A stretch of 61,708 nucleotides of DNA, counting the filler, from Chiloscyllium plagiosum (Eukaryota): NCBI RefSeq assembly GCF_004010195.1. It is 5 parts of one record of this genome, joined end to end, with 100 filler letters (N's around TTAATTAATTAA, not from the genome) between each part and the next. Parts side by side here need not be neighbours in the genome. Positions count along the whole stretch, not along the records: positions 1 to 18,162 come from NC_057712.1; 4 more parts are not named here. One strand, given 5' to 3'. Positions 1-12,837 of the stretch are shown in pieces. Every line of letters begins with the position of its first letter. The first letter of the stretch is position 1. Both the position numbers and the translations under genes were made by a program. The notes under the pieces were generated by a model. It was not told the DNA's origin. It did no database searches and worked only from the letters and a program-made list of their open reading frames with translations.

Positions 1-670
1 CTTCCCTCCAAGGCCCCAAGGGATCCTTCAATATCCATCAGAAATTCACCTGCACCTCCACACACATCATTTACTGCATCCGCTGCACCTGATGTGGCCT
101 CCTCTACATTGGGGAGACAGGCCGCCTACTTGCGGGACGTTTCAGAGAACACCTCTGGGACACCCGCACCAACCAACCCAACCGACCCGTGGCTGAACAC
201 TTTAACTCCCCCTCCCACTCCGCCAAGGACATGCAGGTCCTTGGCCTCCTCCATCGCCAAACCATGGCAACACGACGCCTGGAGGAAGAGCGACTCATCT
301 TCCGCCTAGGAACCCTCCAACCACAAGGGATGAATGCGGATTTCTCCAGCTTCTTCATTTCCCCGCCCCCCATCTTTTCTCAGTCCCAGCGCCTCAGACT
401 CAGCACCGCCTTCTTGACCTGCAATCTTCTTCCCGACCTCTCCGCCCCCACCCCCTCTCCGGCCTATCACCCTCACCTTGACCTCCTTCCACCTATCGCA
501 TTCCCAACGCCCCTCCCCCAAGTCCCTCCTCCCTACCTTTTATCTTAGCCTGCTTGGCACACCCTTCTCATTCCTCAAGAAGGGCTCATGCCCGAAACGT
601 CGATTCTCCTTCTCCTTTGATGCTGCCTGACCTGCTGCGCTTTTCCAGCAACACATTTTTAAGCTCTGAT
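1..670 (+). mobile_element. Penelope-like element, 3' part (GIY-YIG endonuclease remnant plus 3' terminal/pLTR region)
   Basis: Translates as FTCTSTHIIYCIRCT*CGLLYIGETGRLLAGRFREHL...VAEHFNSPSHSAKDMQVLGLLH...RRLEEERLIFRLGTLQPQGMN (GIY-YIG with an in-frame stop), then a pyrimidine-rich UTR and a hammerhead-like terminus; near-identical to 52805-53300. Confidence 0.9.
574..601 (+). ncRNA. Minimal hammerhead ribozyme motif, core-mutated (CTCAAGA instead of CTGAAGA)
   Basis: CTCAAGA-A-GGGC-TCAT-GCCC-GAAACGTC; same layout as the intact copies at 18374 and 58834. Confidence 0.6.
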
Positions 671-812
671 TTTTAACTTTGCCCACCCCAGTCCAACAAG
701 TCATTGAAATACATTGCAGCTGTAAATTTCACCAGGATGGTGAACCCTTGTGCCCTGGCAGAAATGCTGGAAGAAATGTGGGAAATGTTGGACTCTTCAT
801 GTGAATGCACTG

Positions 813-1801
813 GTTACAAAGGCCCAACAATGTCTCTTCTTCTTCAGACAGCTGAGGAATTTGGCATCATGGCGAATACCCTTGCCAACTTTCATATGTG
901 CGCAATCGAGAGCATTCTGTCTGGATTTATCACTAACTGGTATGGCAACTGTACCATTCAAGATTGGAGACAGTTACACAGGCTGGAGCTATTTTCCCTG
1001 GAGAGTCGGAGGCTGAGGGATAACCTTATAGAGGTTTACAAAACTATGAGGGACATGGATTGGATCAATAGGCAAAGTCTTTTCCCTGGGGTTGGGGAGT
1101 CCAGAACTAGACGGCATAGGTTCAGAGTGAAAGGGGACAGATGTAAAAGGGACCTAAGGGGCAACTTTTTCACGCAGAGGGTGGTGCATGTATGGAATGA
1201 GCTGCCAGAGGAAGTGATGGAGGCTGATACAATTGCAACATTTAAAAGGCATTTGGATGGGTATATGAATAGGAAGGGTTTGGAGGGATATGGGCCGGGT
1301 GCTGGCAGGTGGGACTAGATTAGGTTGGGATATATGGTCAGCATGGATGGGTTGGACTGAAGGGTCTGTTTCCATGCTGTACATCTCTATGACTCTATGA
1401 CTCTATGGTGAACTCGGCCCGGACAATCATAAAGGCCAATCTCCCATCTATAGAATCCATCTAACAGGCCTATTATCAAGGAAAGGCCGCCAGCATTCTC
1501 AAAGATCCATCCCACCCTGGCAATGTTTTTCTACAACCTCTACCATCGGGGAGAAGGTACAGAAGCCTGAACACACTCACCAGCCGGTTTCACAACAGTT
1601 TCTACCCTACAGTTATTAGAATACTGAATGGACTCACAAACTCTTAACATTTGCCTGTAGTTATGTTTTTGTTTTTGCTGCTGTTTACCTACTATTGACT
1701 ATTTATGCTACTTAACTCTGTGATCTGTCTGTATTGCTCACAAGACAAAGCTTTTCACTGTGCCTCGGTACACATGACAATAAATCCAATTCAATTCAAT
1801 T
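813..1801 (+). mobile_element. Rex1/Babar-type LINE 3' fragment interrupted by a CR1 insertion
   Basis: KAQQCLFFFRQLR...TLANFHMCAIESILSGFITNWYGNCT, resuming after 1407 with ...ILKDPSHPGNVFLQPLPSGRRYRSLNT; AATAAA then (CAATT)n tail. Confidence 0.75.
979..1407 (+). mobile_element. CR1/HER1-type LINE 3' end
   Basis: RLELFSLESRRLRDNLIEVYKTM...RGNFFTQRVVHVWNELPEEV...GYGPGAGRWD*; (CTCTATGA)n tail. Confidence 0.9.
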
Positions 1802-1899
1802 GTAAGCCCCATGTTGAAAAGAGCATCTTTCATTTCTGTGGGCGTAGATGACTATTTAAATGATCAAATTGCTGTCAAGACGTGGAGTGTGGAGATTAG

Positions 1900-2097
1900 G
1901 CAAAAGTGAGGACAGTAGATGATGGAAACCAGAGTTTAGATTAGTGTGGTGCTGGAAAAGCACAGCAGGTCAGGCAGCATCCGAGGAGCAGGAAAATCGA
2001 TGTTTCAGAACGAAGGGCTTTTGCCCAAAATGTCGATTTTCCTGCTCCTCAGATGCTGCCTGACCTGCTGTGCTTTTCCAGCACCACTCGAATCTAA
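1900..2097. mobile_element. Short fold-back PLE-terminus insertion with TSD
   Basis: Inverted arms (GTGCTGGAAAAGCACAGCAGGTCAGGCAGCATC / its reverse complement) around a decayed hammerhead; flanked by AGTGTGGAGATTAG (1886-1899) and AGTCTGGAGATTAG (2098-2111). Confidence 0.8.
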
Positions 2098-2984
2098 AGT
2101 CTGGAGATTAGACCAGATAAGAGCAAGACTGTTCTCAGTGCGTTGCTGTTAGATAACAGGGCATCCCTTTGGAGAGCTGAGGCCCCAATCACATCTTTGA
2201 TTGGAACTTGCAGGTTGTGGTTTCCCATACAACTGCTGACCTTGTCTTTCTGGGTGGTTGAGGTCACGGGTTTGGAAGGTGCTGTCTCAGGAGGTCTGAT
2301 GAATTGTTGAGTATTTCTCATGTTCTTTATTAGTAATGGGTGAAGGGCTTTGGAGAGTGGACAGAAAAGTGGAGTTGAGGCCAAGATGAGATCATATTAA
2401 ATGGAGGAGCAGGCTCAAGGGACTGAATTGCCTACTCCTGCACCTAGACCTTTTGTTGTACCTAACAATCTGTTGCCACTGTGGTAGAGGGAGTGAATGT
2501 TGTAGGCGTTACATGGCACATCAATCAAGCAAGCTCCAATGTCCTGGATGTTGTTGAGCTTCTTTGAATGTTGTTGGAGCTGCATTCATCCAGGATACTC
2601 AGAGTTGACCTGGTTAGTGAAGGGGATGGGGATTGGGTGGAAGTAAGTACTAAGTGGACATTAGGATATGAGGGGCCATGAGGGATCACCAGAGGGCACT
2701 ACATTGCACGGGAGTGTATGGGTTTGAGAGGTGAAGCTTGGAGGGATGATTTATAATTGACCCCTTTGGAGAAATAAGGTATCACTTAGGAATTGAGAAA
2801 AAGCATGCATGTGTATATAATGTAAAAGTTCACTGGGACTTGCAAAGATGTCAAGAATAAGTACAAACAAAAATGTGAAGTTTATGACAAACACAATTAG
2901 GTACTTCGGTGTGCCTATACAACCATCATAGGATTGGTAAGAGATGACTCATTTCTCAAACTCTCATTTTCATAACAGGATGCC

Positions 2985-3797
2985 TGTGATGATGCTGCCG
3001 CTTTAACAAGATTATGTTGTCCTTGGTCTTTTGAAGAGGGGTTATAAAGGCAGTGGTGCTGAAATGGCTAACAGATACTGCCTAAGTCAACAATCAAAGG
3101 AGGCCTTTAAGTTTTTTCAAAGCAGTTGTACAATGAAAGGGAGTGACCAGTTCCCCCAGTTCAAGTTTTTTCTAGTTTTATCAGGCAGTTAGAAACTGTT
3201 GGAATCTGAAGAAGCAGTTACAGTGAAAAGAAGTTCCATGCTTCAACAGAGGTCTTGCTTGGACATTCTTTCTGAAAACTCTCCCCCATTTGAATTTACA
3301 TTTTGCCACGGGGTGTGTTTATGGGATTTTGCGGGAACTGAAACAGCTTCATTAAGTTGCGATAGCGGTGGTTGGGCTATCAAATAAGTAAAGTTATTTT
3401 AAATTCAGTTTTATTTTGTTTGTGTTTCATCCATAGTGTTTAAATAAATTCTGTCTTGTTTAAAGCTGGGTGGTTTGACCAGCTGCATCACTCCTGGAAT
3501 ATCCACTCTACTCCTGCCTTTAAAAAAGTAAGAAGCTAAGGTCTGGGTTACCTTCTTGAAATGTTATAGAGGTGGTTGGGCTATCAAATAAGTAAAGTTA
3601 TTTTATATTCAGTTTTATTTTGTTTGTGTTTCATCCATAGTGTTTAAATAAATTCTGTCTTGTTTAAAGCTGAGTGGTTTGACCAGCTGCATCACTCCTG
3701 GAATATCCACTCTACACCTGCCTTTAAAAAAGTAAGAAGCTAAGATCTGGGTTACCTTCTTGAAATGTTTTGAGGGGGTCTGACCTGGTCCATAACA
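2985..3797 (+). mobile_element. Solo LTR with internal 204-bp tandem duplication
   Basis: Starts TGTGATGA, ends CCATAACA (TG...CA, imperfect inverted termini); TGCC/AGCC 4-bp flanks; AATAAA near the 3' end; 3367-3570 repeated at 3571-3774. Confidence 0.65.
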
Positions 3798-5129
3798 AGC
3801 CTACTGTTGGATAACTCCACCTATGTATTGAATGGAAATGTTTGTTGACACAAAGTATTCATCACATACACAAAAATCTTTCCTTCAATAAATCCCTTAC
3901 AAAATCAATTTCACTTCCTCAGATGTTTGTTTCATCTCAAATAGAAACAACAGGCTTATGCCAATAATGGCATAATCAACAGGCTAGCAACTTCATTTTC
4001 TGCATTATGCATCCTGATTAAAGCCCATGCTAGATAATAGTTGCTATGGAGAGGGACAGGTAAATAGCATTGGGAGATTTTGAGTTGACGTTGAGTTTCC
4101 ATCGGATCTGTAAAGGGTCATTAGGATGACTGAGGACATATGAGACATTTGGAGACATGGGGTAGAAGCTCTGCAGGTGGATATTAGTCAGCATGCTGTA
4201 TTTGGGCCTCGGGATGGGCAGATAAGGATTGAGGACACAGGTGTATTTGGGCCATGGGGTGGTTACAGGATTGTAGGTTGATATGGATGATGCATAAAAA
4301 GTAATGGGGTGAGGGCAATGAAGTGGAGAAATATACTGATGATTTGTAGCTATTTAGTTCTCAGAACATAAATGTGAGCAGTGAATCACATGGTACTGAA
4401 GAATTATATATAATTCACATTATATTCTTGGTATTTACATGTGAATACTACAATAACAGACATTTGAGTGTCTGTAATTTAGCAAAACAATGAAGTTATA
4501 TTGTAGCACACATTCGTCCACATATCATGCTGCAAGAAGACAGAGGTCAGTAAGATGGAGTCTGAGAGCTGTGTACAATTGGGTCACATGCCAAAGTATG
4601 GTGCTGCCATCATGAGCATGTCTCTTAAAGGTATAATGTAGATCTGATGTGAGACATAATACATCAGGCAGGAGGAATGTTTTCAGAAGTAATGATTATT
4701 TTTAAAAGTTTGAATGCAGTCCCTAAGCCTACCTTTCACCCAGCTCTCCTTGAGAACTGTGCTGCCTGTTAGGCTCTTCCTGGGTGACCTGGGTCTACCT
4801 CCCAATCCAGCCATAAACCCCTTCAATATCTCAATCCACGATGTTATTTTTAAAGACCTACTTCCGAGAAGCAGAGTTTTCCCAACTGTGTCCCCAACCC
4901 AAGAAAGCAAATCAAAACTTACATCTTGCATGTTAAAGAAAAATAACGCTGATTACATGCCTATTATAGACTGCTTGTTAAACTTTAACAAGTTTATAGG
5001 AGTAAGAGAGATAATGAGGGAGAGACTGAGAATAGGGAAAGAATGAGAGAAGGAACTTGAGTACTGAGAGAGAGCTGGACAGAGAGAGAGTGCTTTGTTC
5101 ATTTTAGTGTTTAACATCTTAAATTAAAA

Positions 5130-5345
5130 CTGCCAATTAAATTAGTTGTCAACTTGGTAGTGGTCAAATGATTGTATTAACTGAACAGAATGGCTCAGTC
5201 CTAATTGATTATATGCATCCAACAGATTTTTTAAAAACACATTCACTTAGGAAAGGAAACTGCCATCTTTTATTGGTTTGGTCTACATGTGACTCCAGAC
5301 CCACAGTGATGTGTTTGACTCTTAACTGTCCTCCGAAATGGCCCA
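5130..5345 (+). mobile_element. Degenerate SINE body fragment (same family as 59130-59520, opposite strand)
   Basis: GGTCTACATGTGACTCCAGACCCACAG...GACTCTTAACTGTCCTCCGAAATGGCC matches the reverse complement of 59240-59330. Confidence 0.55.
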
Positions 5346-5394
5346 ATGAGACTCTCTTCGGTTGGTATTGGGATCGTTGCTTTTCCGGATATAC

Positions 5395-5725
5395 GTTAAT
5401 GATTATAATCTCGGAGTGCATTGGACAATTCCAATATTTGCAGCATGATACAAAAATTGGAAGCATTGCAAACTATAACGAGGACTGTGTCAAACTTCAA
5501 ACGGACATAGGCAAGTCTGTGGAGTGGGCAGAAAAATGGCAAATAAGGTTCAGTGTGAGGGTAGGAAGAACATGGACATTTTGGAAGGACAGACAACATA
5601 AATAGAGGTTACAGTACTTAAGGAGATGCAGAAACACTTGGAGCTCGGTGTATATGTGCAGAAGTAGGTCAGTGGAGGCAGCAGGGAAGGTGGAGAAAAC
5701 AGTTAATAAAGTGGCAACCACATTC
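5395..5725 (+). mobile_element. Degenerate CR1 LINE RT fragment
   Basis: DTKIGSIANYNEDCVKLQTDIGKSVEWAEKWQIRF resembles the CR1 ORF2 region after the FADD motif. Confidence 0.7.
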
Positions 5726-6957
5726 CGTGAAAGAACAAGTTTAACTTTTAAAAGTTCTTGAAGCAACCTTGCTCATGTGATGTATTGGCAAACAATACCG
5801 AGTAAGCCAAACTGACTAGTGCAGATTTGCCATTGTAAATTATCTCACACGAGATCAAGTCTGTGGCTCAGAGTGCAGTCACATGATAACTTCTACATGC
5901 TGTAAGCTTCTTTGGGCACCTTCCCAAAACAGTACTGATAATGTTAACATTGGGGGCTGTTCCAGACATCAACCTGTATCCTTGTGAAATCATTCCACTT
6001 AGGGCAGAATCATGCAGCCACTTTTATCTCAAGTGAATCTTCTGATCAGTGCACAGCTAAGCTATCACTTATTTTAAAAGCTCCAGTTTTTATTCATCAG
6101 TGTAACTTTTAATTCCCACGTGGCAGTTTTATTTAGTGATCAGCCATGAGTCTTTTTGGAGCATTACAGAATGGCTATTTTGTCAAATTAAATCAGTCAA
6201 TGATAGAACAGCAGGTATTGACTTGAAATGCTGAATTACCCAGATGATTAATTTGGTAAATGAATATTGACAATGAACCTGGCTTGTTCTGTGAAAGATG
6301 GTGAAATGCTCAAACATACATATTGTTCATATACTCAGCTGCCAGGAGGCATCTGTCCTGCTGTGGTTCTGCTTTCTGCCACTCACACAGTGAAGAGACA
6401 ATCGCTCTTGGGTGGATGACAGAAAATATTGGAAACAATATTATATGAGCATCTCAAAAATGCTTCACTCAAATGGAGCAAGACATTTCAGAAACCAATC
6501 ATGTAACCAATTTGTGGTTCAACTTAAATTGACTTTCATTTGAAGGTCAATGTGCAACATGAGTGTATTGTAGTTTCTCGGAAGCTGTTGACACTATTAA
6601 ACGGCTATTTTCTGAACCGTCATAACAGTTACCCAAAATTTGGAAATCAAGTTGTTTCTATGACATGACGTTTGTACAATATTAAATGGTGTCTCAGAAT
6701 AGATTGAGAAAGCAAATTGTACGAATTATTCATTGAAGAGACTTGACTCTCAAAGTGACTGTTTTTAGGCATTAGGAATAGAATGGTACTTACCTCTGAA
6801 CCCTTACCCATCTGAGAACTGTAGCATTGATTGGCTCAGGAATCAGTTTAGGAGACAAGCTGGTGTAGGAATGGGAAATAGATTGAGGGAAGGCCAGGCA
6901 TAATTCATACACTCAGAACAACTTGGCAAGAGTCTACAATTGGCAACTTTAGCACTA

Positions 6958-7170
6958 CCATAAGGCACAGGAGCAGAAGTAGGCCATTCAGCCCATCAAG
7001 TCTGCTGTACCATTCAGTGAGCTTATGGCAAACCTAATAATCTTCAACTCCATTTTCCTGCATTTTCTGTAAAACCTTTGATTTCCTTTCTGATTAAAAA
7101 TCTTAATCAGCCTTGAATATATACTTAAAACCCACCATCTATAGCCCTCTGCAGTATGATTCCTTGAGTT
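6958..7170 (-). mobile_element. CR1 LINE 3' tail fragment
   Basis: Similar to 19575-19735 and 60775-60930 (CATAAG...GGAGCAGAAGTAGGCCATTCAGCCCATC). Confidence 0.6.
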
Positions 7171-7499
7171 CATTACCAAAAATGTTAATTGATTACACGT
7201 GCTTTGGAGGTTTCCAGTGACCTCTAACAATTAAGCTGCCATGCATGTTGCCACTATTTGCAATCACTTCACTGATTTAAGGGCTGGTGAAGTCACTTCA
7301 GGTATTGGGTGTTAACTATAATTCTGGTTAGAATACCACATCTATCTATGCTCAGCAGAATGTAGGTATCCTATTCTATGTTGGAGCTAGGTTTGTTTTC
7401 AGAAATTTATAGTGAGGTGATCAAATGGCACAATACCTTTGTGTTAAGGGTTCTGAATGTAACTTCAGTGGTAGGAGACTTTTAGAATTATTCAGCATT

Positions 7500-8680
7500 G
7501 AATTAGTAGTCATGTTGAAAAAGGTGGGTTGTTTAGGAAGAGCTAGTATAGATTTCTGAAAGGGAAATTGTGTTAAGTGAGCCTTCTGTAAGTCTTCTGA
7601 AGTAGTAACGAAGGGCTGACGAGGGTACTGTCATGGATGTAGTGTATACATGGACCTTTGAAAACAAGTTTGATATACTACCACCAAAGTGTGAGAAAAG
7701 GTTTAGCTCCTGGAATAAAAGGGTGAGTAGCAATGTGGTTACAAAACTGACTGATTTGGCTATAGAACTAGTCAACAGATTCTTTGGGCTGGAGGAGGGG
7801 TTGAATAATTTCTTTGGAATTGGTATTGATAATTCTGCTTTTCCTGATTGTAAGTTAATGATTCAGATCCTGGTCTACAGGGAGCAATTTCACAAGTATA
7901 TTATGAAATGTGGTAGAATTTGAAACTGTGAGGATGAAAATTGACGTGTTTGATAAAGTTCAATACAGTGACATAAGGGGTGATGCATTTTAGGGTGAAT
8001 GAGGATATACAATCTAAAGTAGGGGTATGATACTGAGAGGGTGTAGAAACAAAAGGACCTGGGTGTATATGTGCATAGATCACTGAACATGGCAATTAAT
8101 AAAGCTAACAGTAGCCTGGCATTTATTAAGAGGCATAGAATTAGGAGTAAGGAGGTTTTACTCAACTTATACAAACCCCTGTCAGAGCTTAGCTTAAGTA
8201 TTGTATATAATTCAGGGTGCCACACTAAAGGAAATATATGAATATATTGTAAAGAAGACAAAAGGAGTTTACAAAAACTATTCTAGCGATGAGAAGATAC
8301 AGTCATGAGGATGTCTTGAAGGGGTTTTCCTTGGGGAGAAGGCTAAAAGGTGAACTGATGGAAGTTTTCAAAATAGAGATGACCAGGAGGAACTACTCCC
8401 ACACAAAATGATCAAAGACAAGAGGACACAAATTTAGTAACGTGAGAAAATGCTTTATTGTGCAATGAGTGAATCAGGTCTAAAGGAAACTGTCTGGAAG
8501 TGTGACAGAGGTAGAGTCAGATGAGATATTCAAAAGGCAGTTGGATGACTCATTGTTGAGAAATGATATGCAGGGGGATCAGGAGAATAGCACCAAACCG
8601 TGTAGCTCAGTGGGAAGCCATTACAGGCATAATGGGCTGAATAGCCTCCTGTGTGTGCAGTAACAGTTTTGATTCTGTGA
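7500..8680 (+). mobile_element. Old, highly degenerate CR1 LINE RT/3' fragment
   Basis: Residual motifs such as DEGTVMDVVY..FENKFD, KANSSLAFIKR, LLNLYKPL; CR1-like 3' tail near 8630-8680. Confidence 0.6.
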
Positions 8681-9840
8681 TGGAGTTGGCTATTCTCACT
8701 GAACAAGAATTAAGAAAGAAATTGTAAGATTGCTTCACTGAACATGGCCTTGTGATGAGTGCTACATTTTCCCAGTTAACTCAGGATCTGCTTTATCCCA
8801 ATTAACATAAAAAGACTTAAATTTCAAATCACCTCCCTTTGAAACTATTGTAGACTTGTGACCTTTGCTATACAAATAACAACACTTAGACAATCAAATT
8901 GAAACTTTTGTTGCCTTCATGTTTTAGACCGAATAAGAATCATACTGAAGAAAATGCTCCATATCTAATCTGAGCCTAATCCCAGACTAAAGCAGAGAAT
9001 CAACCCAACTTTTATTATGTGAAAATGACAGAAAAAGGAATTGTTTGGAAAGAGAACCAATAAAGTGCAAGTTAAATAGTTATTGCAAATTTATAAGGGC
9101 AGCTTGTTCAATTTCGATTTGCTGCTGATGTCTTGAGTTCACCAACAGCCAAGTCATTGGGTGAAATGTTCTCTTATCCTTGCCCCTACTAAAATGTCTT
9201 TTCGGCAGATTGTTACACATTTCCCTTGGCTTCAACACTGTAGGTCAGTCTTGTGATTTAGTTCTTTTCATTGTGCTGTAGAATGGCATTGTTTGGATTG
9301 ACCTGTGGAGAGGGATTGTGATAGTGATCGGCTGAATGGCTGCCATATGATGACTCTGATGCTGTATTTAATCATGCACTCCTGTCTGTCTGATTCTGCA
9401 GAAGGTCAGCCCATGGGAGTGAAAATAGAACCTCTTATACTCTGAACTGGATCCCATGTCTTTGAAGTGTGCCTGCACATGCATCTTTCCAATCTTTAAT
9501 TTGATGAACTTAAAAACAGTTTTGTAAGACAAGAACAAACATGAATTGTCAAGCTGTTTTACAGACTGCAGGAGTTTAGTTAGAACATTGTAATCAAAGC
9601 TCGCTCACTTTATTGATCTTCAAATGCTTCCTTACAAGTATGCCCAATAATATACTGGCTTGTCCTGGATACAGTTCTGTGTGGAACTAGCTTAGATTCT
9701 CTAACATTGAACTGGTCCTAGCTTATACTGGTTTGATTGGTAACTAGATACCTCCTTTTACATATTTTTTCCTCTGTTGGCTTCTTCTAATGACCTGTCA
9801 GAGGTCATTCCTATTTCTGACATAGCAATTGTGTGATCAG

Positions 9841-10037
9841 GCAGCATCCAAGGAGCAGGAGAGTCGAACTTTTCGGGTATAAGGCGTTCATCAGGAATGA
9901 GGTGAAACTCACAAAGAACTTGTACCTGAAACATTGATTCTCCTGCTGCTCGGATGCTGCCAGACCTGCTGTGCTTTTCCAGCAACACACTCTTTGACTC
10001 TGATTCCCAGTATCTGCAGCCCTCACTTTTTCCCAAG
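9841..10037. mobile_element. Short fold-back PLE-terminus insertion with TSD
   Basis: Inverted PLE terminal arms with decayed hammerheads; TTGTGTGATCAG at 9829-9840 and 10038-10049. Confidence 0.75.
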
Positions 10038-10605
10038 TTGTGTGATCAGTTTTAATGCTTCCCAATCAATAATTCGCCTTTTGGGTTCCAGACCAAATTT
10101 TTTAAAAAACTTTTACTGACCACAATACCAACAATAAAATGGGCATAAGCTTTGGCTTAACTTTAGTCCACAACTTTTGATGAGATTTCTGTTTGTAACT
10201 ACAGGATGCAGCTGGAAGGAAAAAGAAAAAGCCAATGTTAATTAATTTTAATCGAAAGTCCACCACCTGCATGCAAATCATTTCCAAATCCTTTTATAGG
10301 AAAATGGCAAAAAAAGTCCTGAAAGGTGATAGCAGGCCTCGATTTTATGTGAAGTATGAGAATGTGGGCGCTTCACTTACAATGTACAATTGTACACTTT
10401 TCTGACCAAGTGGCGCATCATTTGGTTTCCCAGCCAACCACATAGTGCTATCTCCACGAGAAGGTCTGGCCATTTGTAAACATGTAGCTGCACCACACCC
10501 CTTCCCAGGAAGCTGCACTCCATCAGGGCTCTGATTCAGTGGTGGAGAATAGCTCTTGCTCTCTGTACATGCCTACAAGTCTATTATCATGCTCCTTTAT
10601 TGATA

Positions 10606-10985
10606 GAGAGAATGTGAGGACTGCAGATGATGAAGATCAGACTCGAAAAGTGTGACACTGGAAAAGCACAGCAGGTCAGGCAGCATCTGAGAAGCAGGAG
10701 AATTGATGTTTCACACATAAGCCCTTCATTAGGAATGTGTAGGGGGAAGGGGCTGAGAGATAAATAGGGGGTTGGGGGGGGGGAGCGTAGCTGGGAAGGC
10801 GATAGATGCAGATGAGTGATTGTGAAAGGTCGGTGAGGAGGGTAGAGCGTATATGTGGGGAGGAAGACTGACAGGTAAGAGTTCAAGAGGGCAGTGCCAC
10901 GCTGGAGGATTGGATCTGAGATGAGGTGGAGATTTGGAAACTAGTGAAGTCAATGATGCCGTGTGGTTGGAGAGTCCCTCCTGTT
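10606..10985 (-). mobile_element. PLE 3' end (end of endonuclease, UTR, decayed hammerhead)
   Basis: Minus strand GTLQPHGIIDFTSF, then pyrimidine-rich UTR and CCTAATGAAGGGCTTATGTGTGAAACATC; homologous to 300-670. Confidence 0.8.
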
Positions 10986-11910
10986 CTGATGGAGACTTGT
11001 TTGTCCAACTTGCCATCTTCACCTCGTCCCTCATGTACTCCTGCATAGTGTAGCATGGAAGGAATGAGGCTCAAACAGATGATATAGTATAATCATTACT
11101 TTGGGGCAACCTAATGTTTGGGCTCTTGGTTGGTATGTCAGTATTAATGTCCTAAATTCCTTACTTGAGCCATAAATAGTGAAAATCAATTTGTGGCCAT
11201 CAGTAATCAATCCTGTTTAAACTCAAAGGTAGGCCCTCAGCTGTCTACTCCAGAGAAGATAAGGCAGGGCTGCCTGTAAGTATAGAGCAAATTCAGAAGT
11301 GGGCTCGAATACTCAATACAAACAATTACAAATTGGAACACTGCGCAGGAGGCCAAACAGCAAATGCAGATGCATTGAACTGGGTCCCAGTAGGGGGAGT
11401 ACTGCCGTTGGAAGACTCTGTAATGGTTTTCAATTTTACAGATATACTTCCACTCATAGCTGGCCATGTTGTGGACAAAGAAAAATCTGGTCCTGGCAGA
11501 ACTGAAACAGCTGGTGGTGGTGATGGGGGAAATGCTGTCACAACCAGAATCGAAACCATTTTGGATCGAGAGAGCCCATTGAGGATGGCATATTATTATT
11601 ATGAGCCTCTCTCATTATCCTGAGCAAAGGTCACTGCCAAATACTGGCTGAATTTCTATCAGGGTCAACCACGTGGAATTTGCTGAGACATTATGTCTGG
11701 TGGCCAGGATTGGATGGAGATGTAGATGTGTTGTTGGGGCAATGCCCAGAATGCCAACAAGGACAGAAATTACTGCCAGAAGCTCCCCCACATTGTGGGA
11801 ATGGCCCGGTAAATCCTGGAATCGGTTCATGTGCAGGTCCTTTCATGGGCTCAATGTTTTTATTCGTTATGGATGACCAATCAAAGTGACTGGACATTCT
11901 CCCTCTCTTG

Positions 11911-12195
11911 GGCCCTTCGGCCCAACAAGTCCACACCGACCCTCTGAAGAGTAACCCACCCAGACCCATTTCCCTCTGACTAACGCACCTAACCTATGGG
12001 CAATTTAGCATGGCCAATTCACCTGACCTGCATATCTTTGGACTGTGGGAGGAAACCGGAGCACCCGGAGGAAACCCACGCAGACACGGGGAGAATGTGC
12101 AAACTCCACACAGTCAGTTGCCTGAGGCTGGAATCAAACCTGGAACCCTGGTGCTGTGAGGCAGCAGTGGTAACCACTGAGCCACCGTGCCGCCC
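11911..12195 (-). mobile_element. HE1-type tRNA-derived V-SINE
   Basis: Minus strand begins GGGCGGCACGGTGGCTCAGTGG (A box)...GGTTTGATTCC (B box); central V-domain-like body; 3' end shared with the CR1/HER1 tail. Confidence 0.85.
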
Positions 12196-12522
12196 TCTTG
12201 GAATCTGAGATGGGTGTGCCAGATGTCACCACCTTGATGCCTTTGCCACCTGAAGAGGAGAATTAATTTCTTCTGAGATGCTCCGGGTGCAAGAGGTGAG
12301 CTACTGTGTGTTGTACACGTGCCTGTATCAGAGGCAGGGTTGGAGGAATATGACCTGCTGCTAAACTGCTCCAGGAGGAGCTACAAAACAAAACATCCTC
12401 TGTCCTTGGAATCTGGGAGGGATGTAGTGAATATAATGACATTATCCAGATGGAGCTCCACAGAATATGAGCTTCCTGATTTGAACCAGATTAACTAATC
12501 AGGGAGCCCTGGCTGACAGATA

Positions 12523-12837
12523 TTAGATTAGATTCCCTACAGTGTGGAAACAGGCCCTTCGGCCCAACAAGTCCACACTGACCCTCCAAAGACTAACCCA
12601 CCCAGACCCATTGCCCTCTGACTAATGCACCAACACTATGGGCAATTTAGCATGGCCAATTCACCTAACCTGCACATCTTTGGACTGTGGGAGGAAACAA
12701 GAGCACCCGGGGAAACCCACGCAGACACGGGGAGAATATGCAAACTCTACACAGACAGTTGCCTGAGGCTGGAATTGAACCCAGGTCCCTGGTGCTGTGA
12801 GGCAGCAGTGATAACCACTGAGCCACAGTGCTACCCC
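12523..12837 (-). mobile_element. HE1-type SINE inserted in the Gypsy LTR
   Basis: Near-identical to 11911-12195; A box TGGCTCAGTGG, B box GGTTCAATTCC; (TCTAA)n tail. Confidence 0.85.

Noticed and set aside
704..1318. 204-aa ORF as a host gene
   Set aside because: Chance read-through of unique DNA, Rex1/Babar and CR1 fragments
9789..9809. AATGACCT-N5-AGGTCATT palindrome as a nuclear-receptor element
   Set aside because: A single 8-bp inverted repeat is expected by chance in 60 kb; no supporting context
11911..12837. tRNA genes
   Set aside because: A and B boxes belong to SINE heads that continue into SINE body and LINE-derived tail
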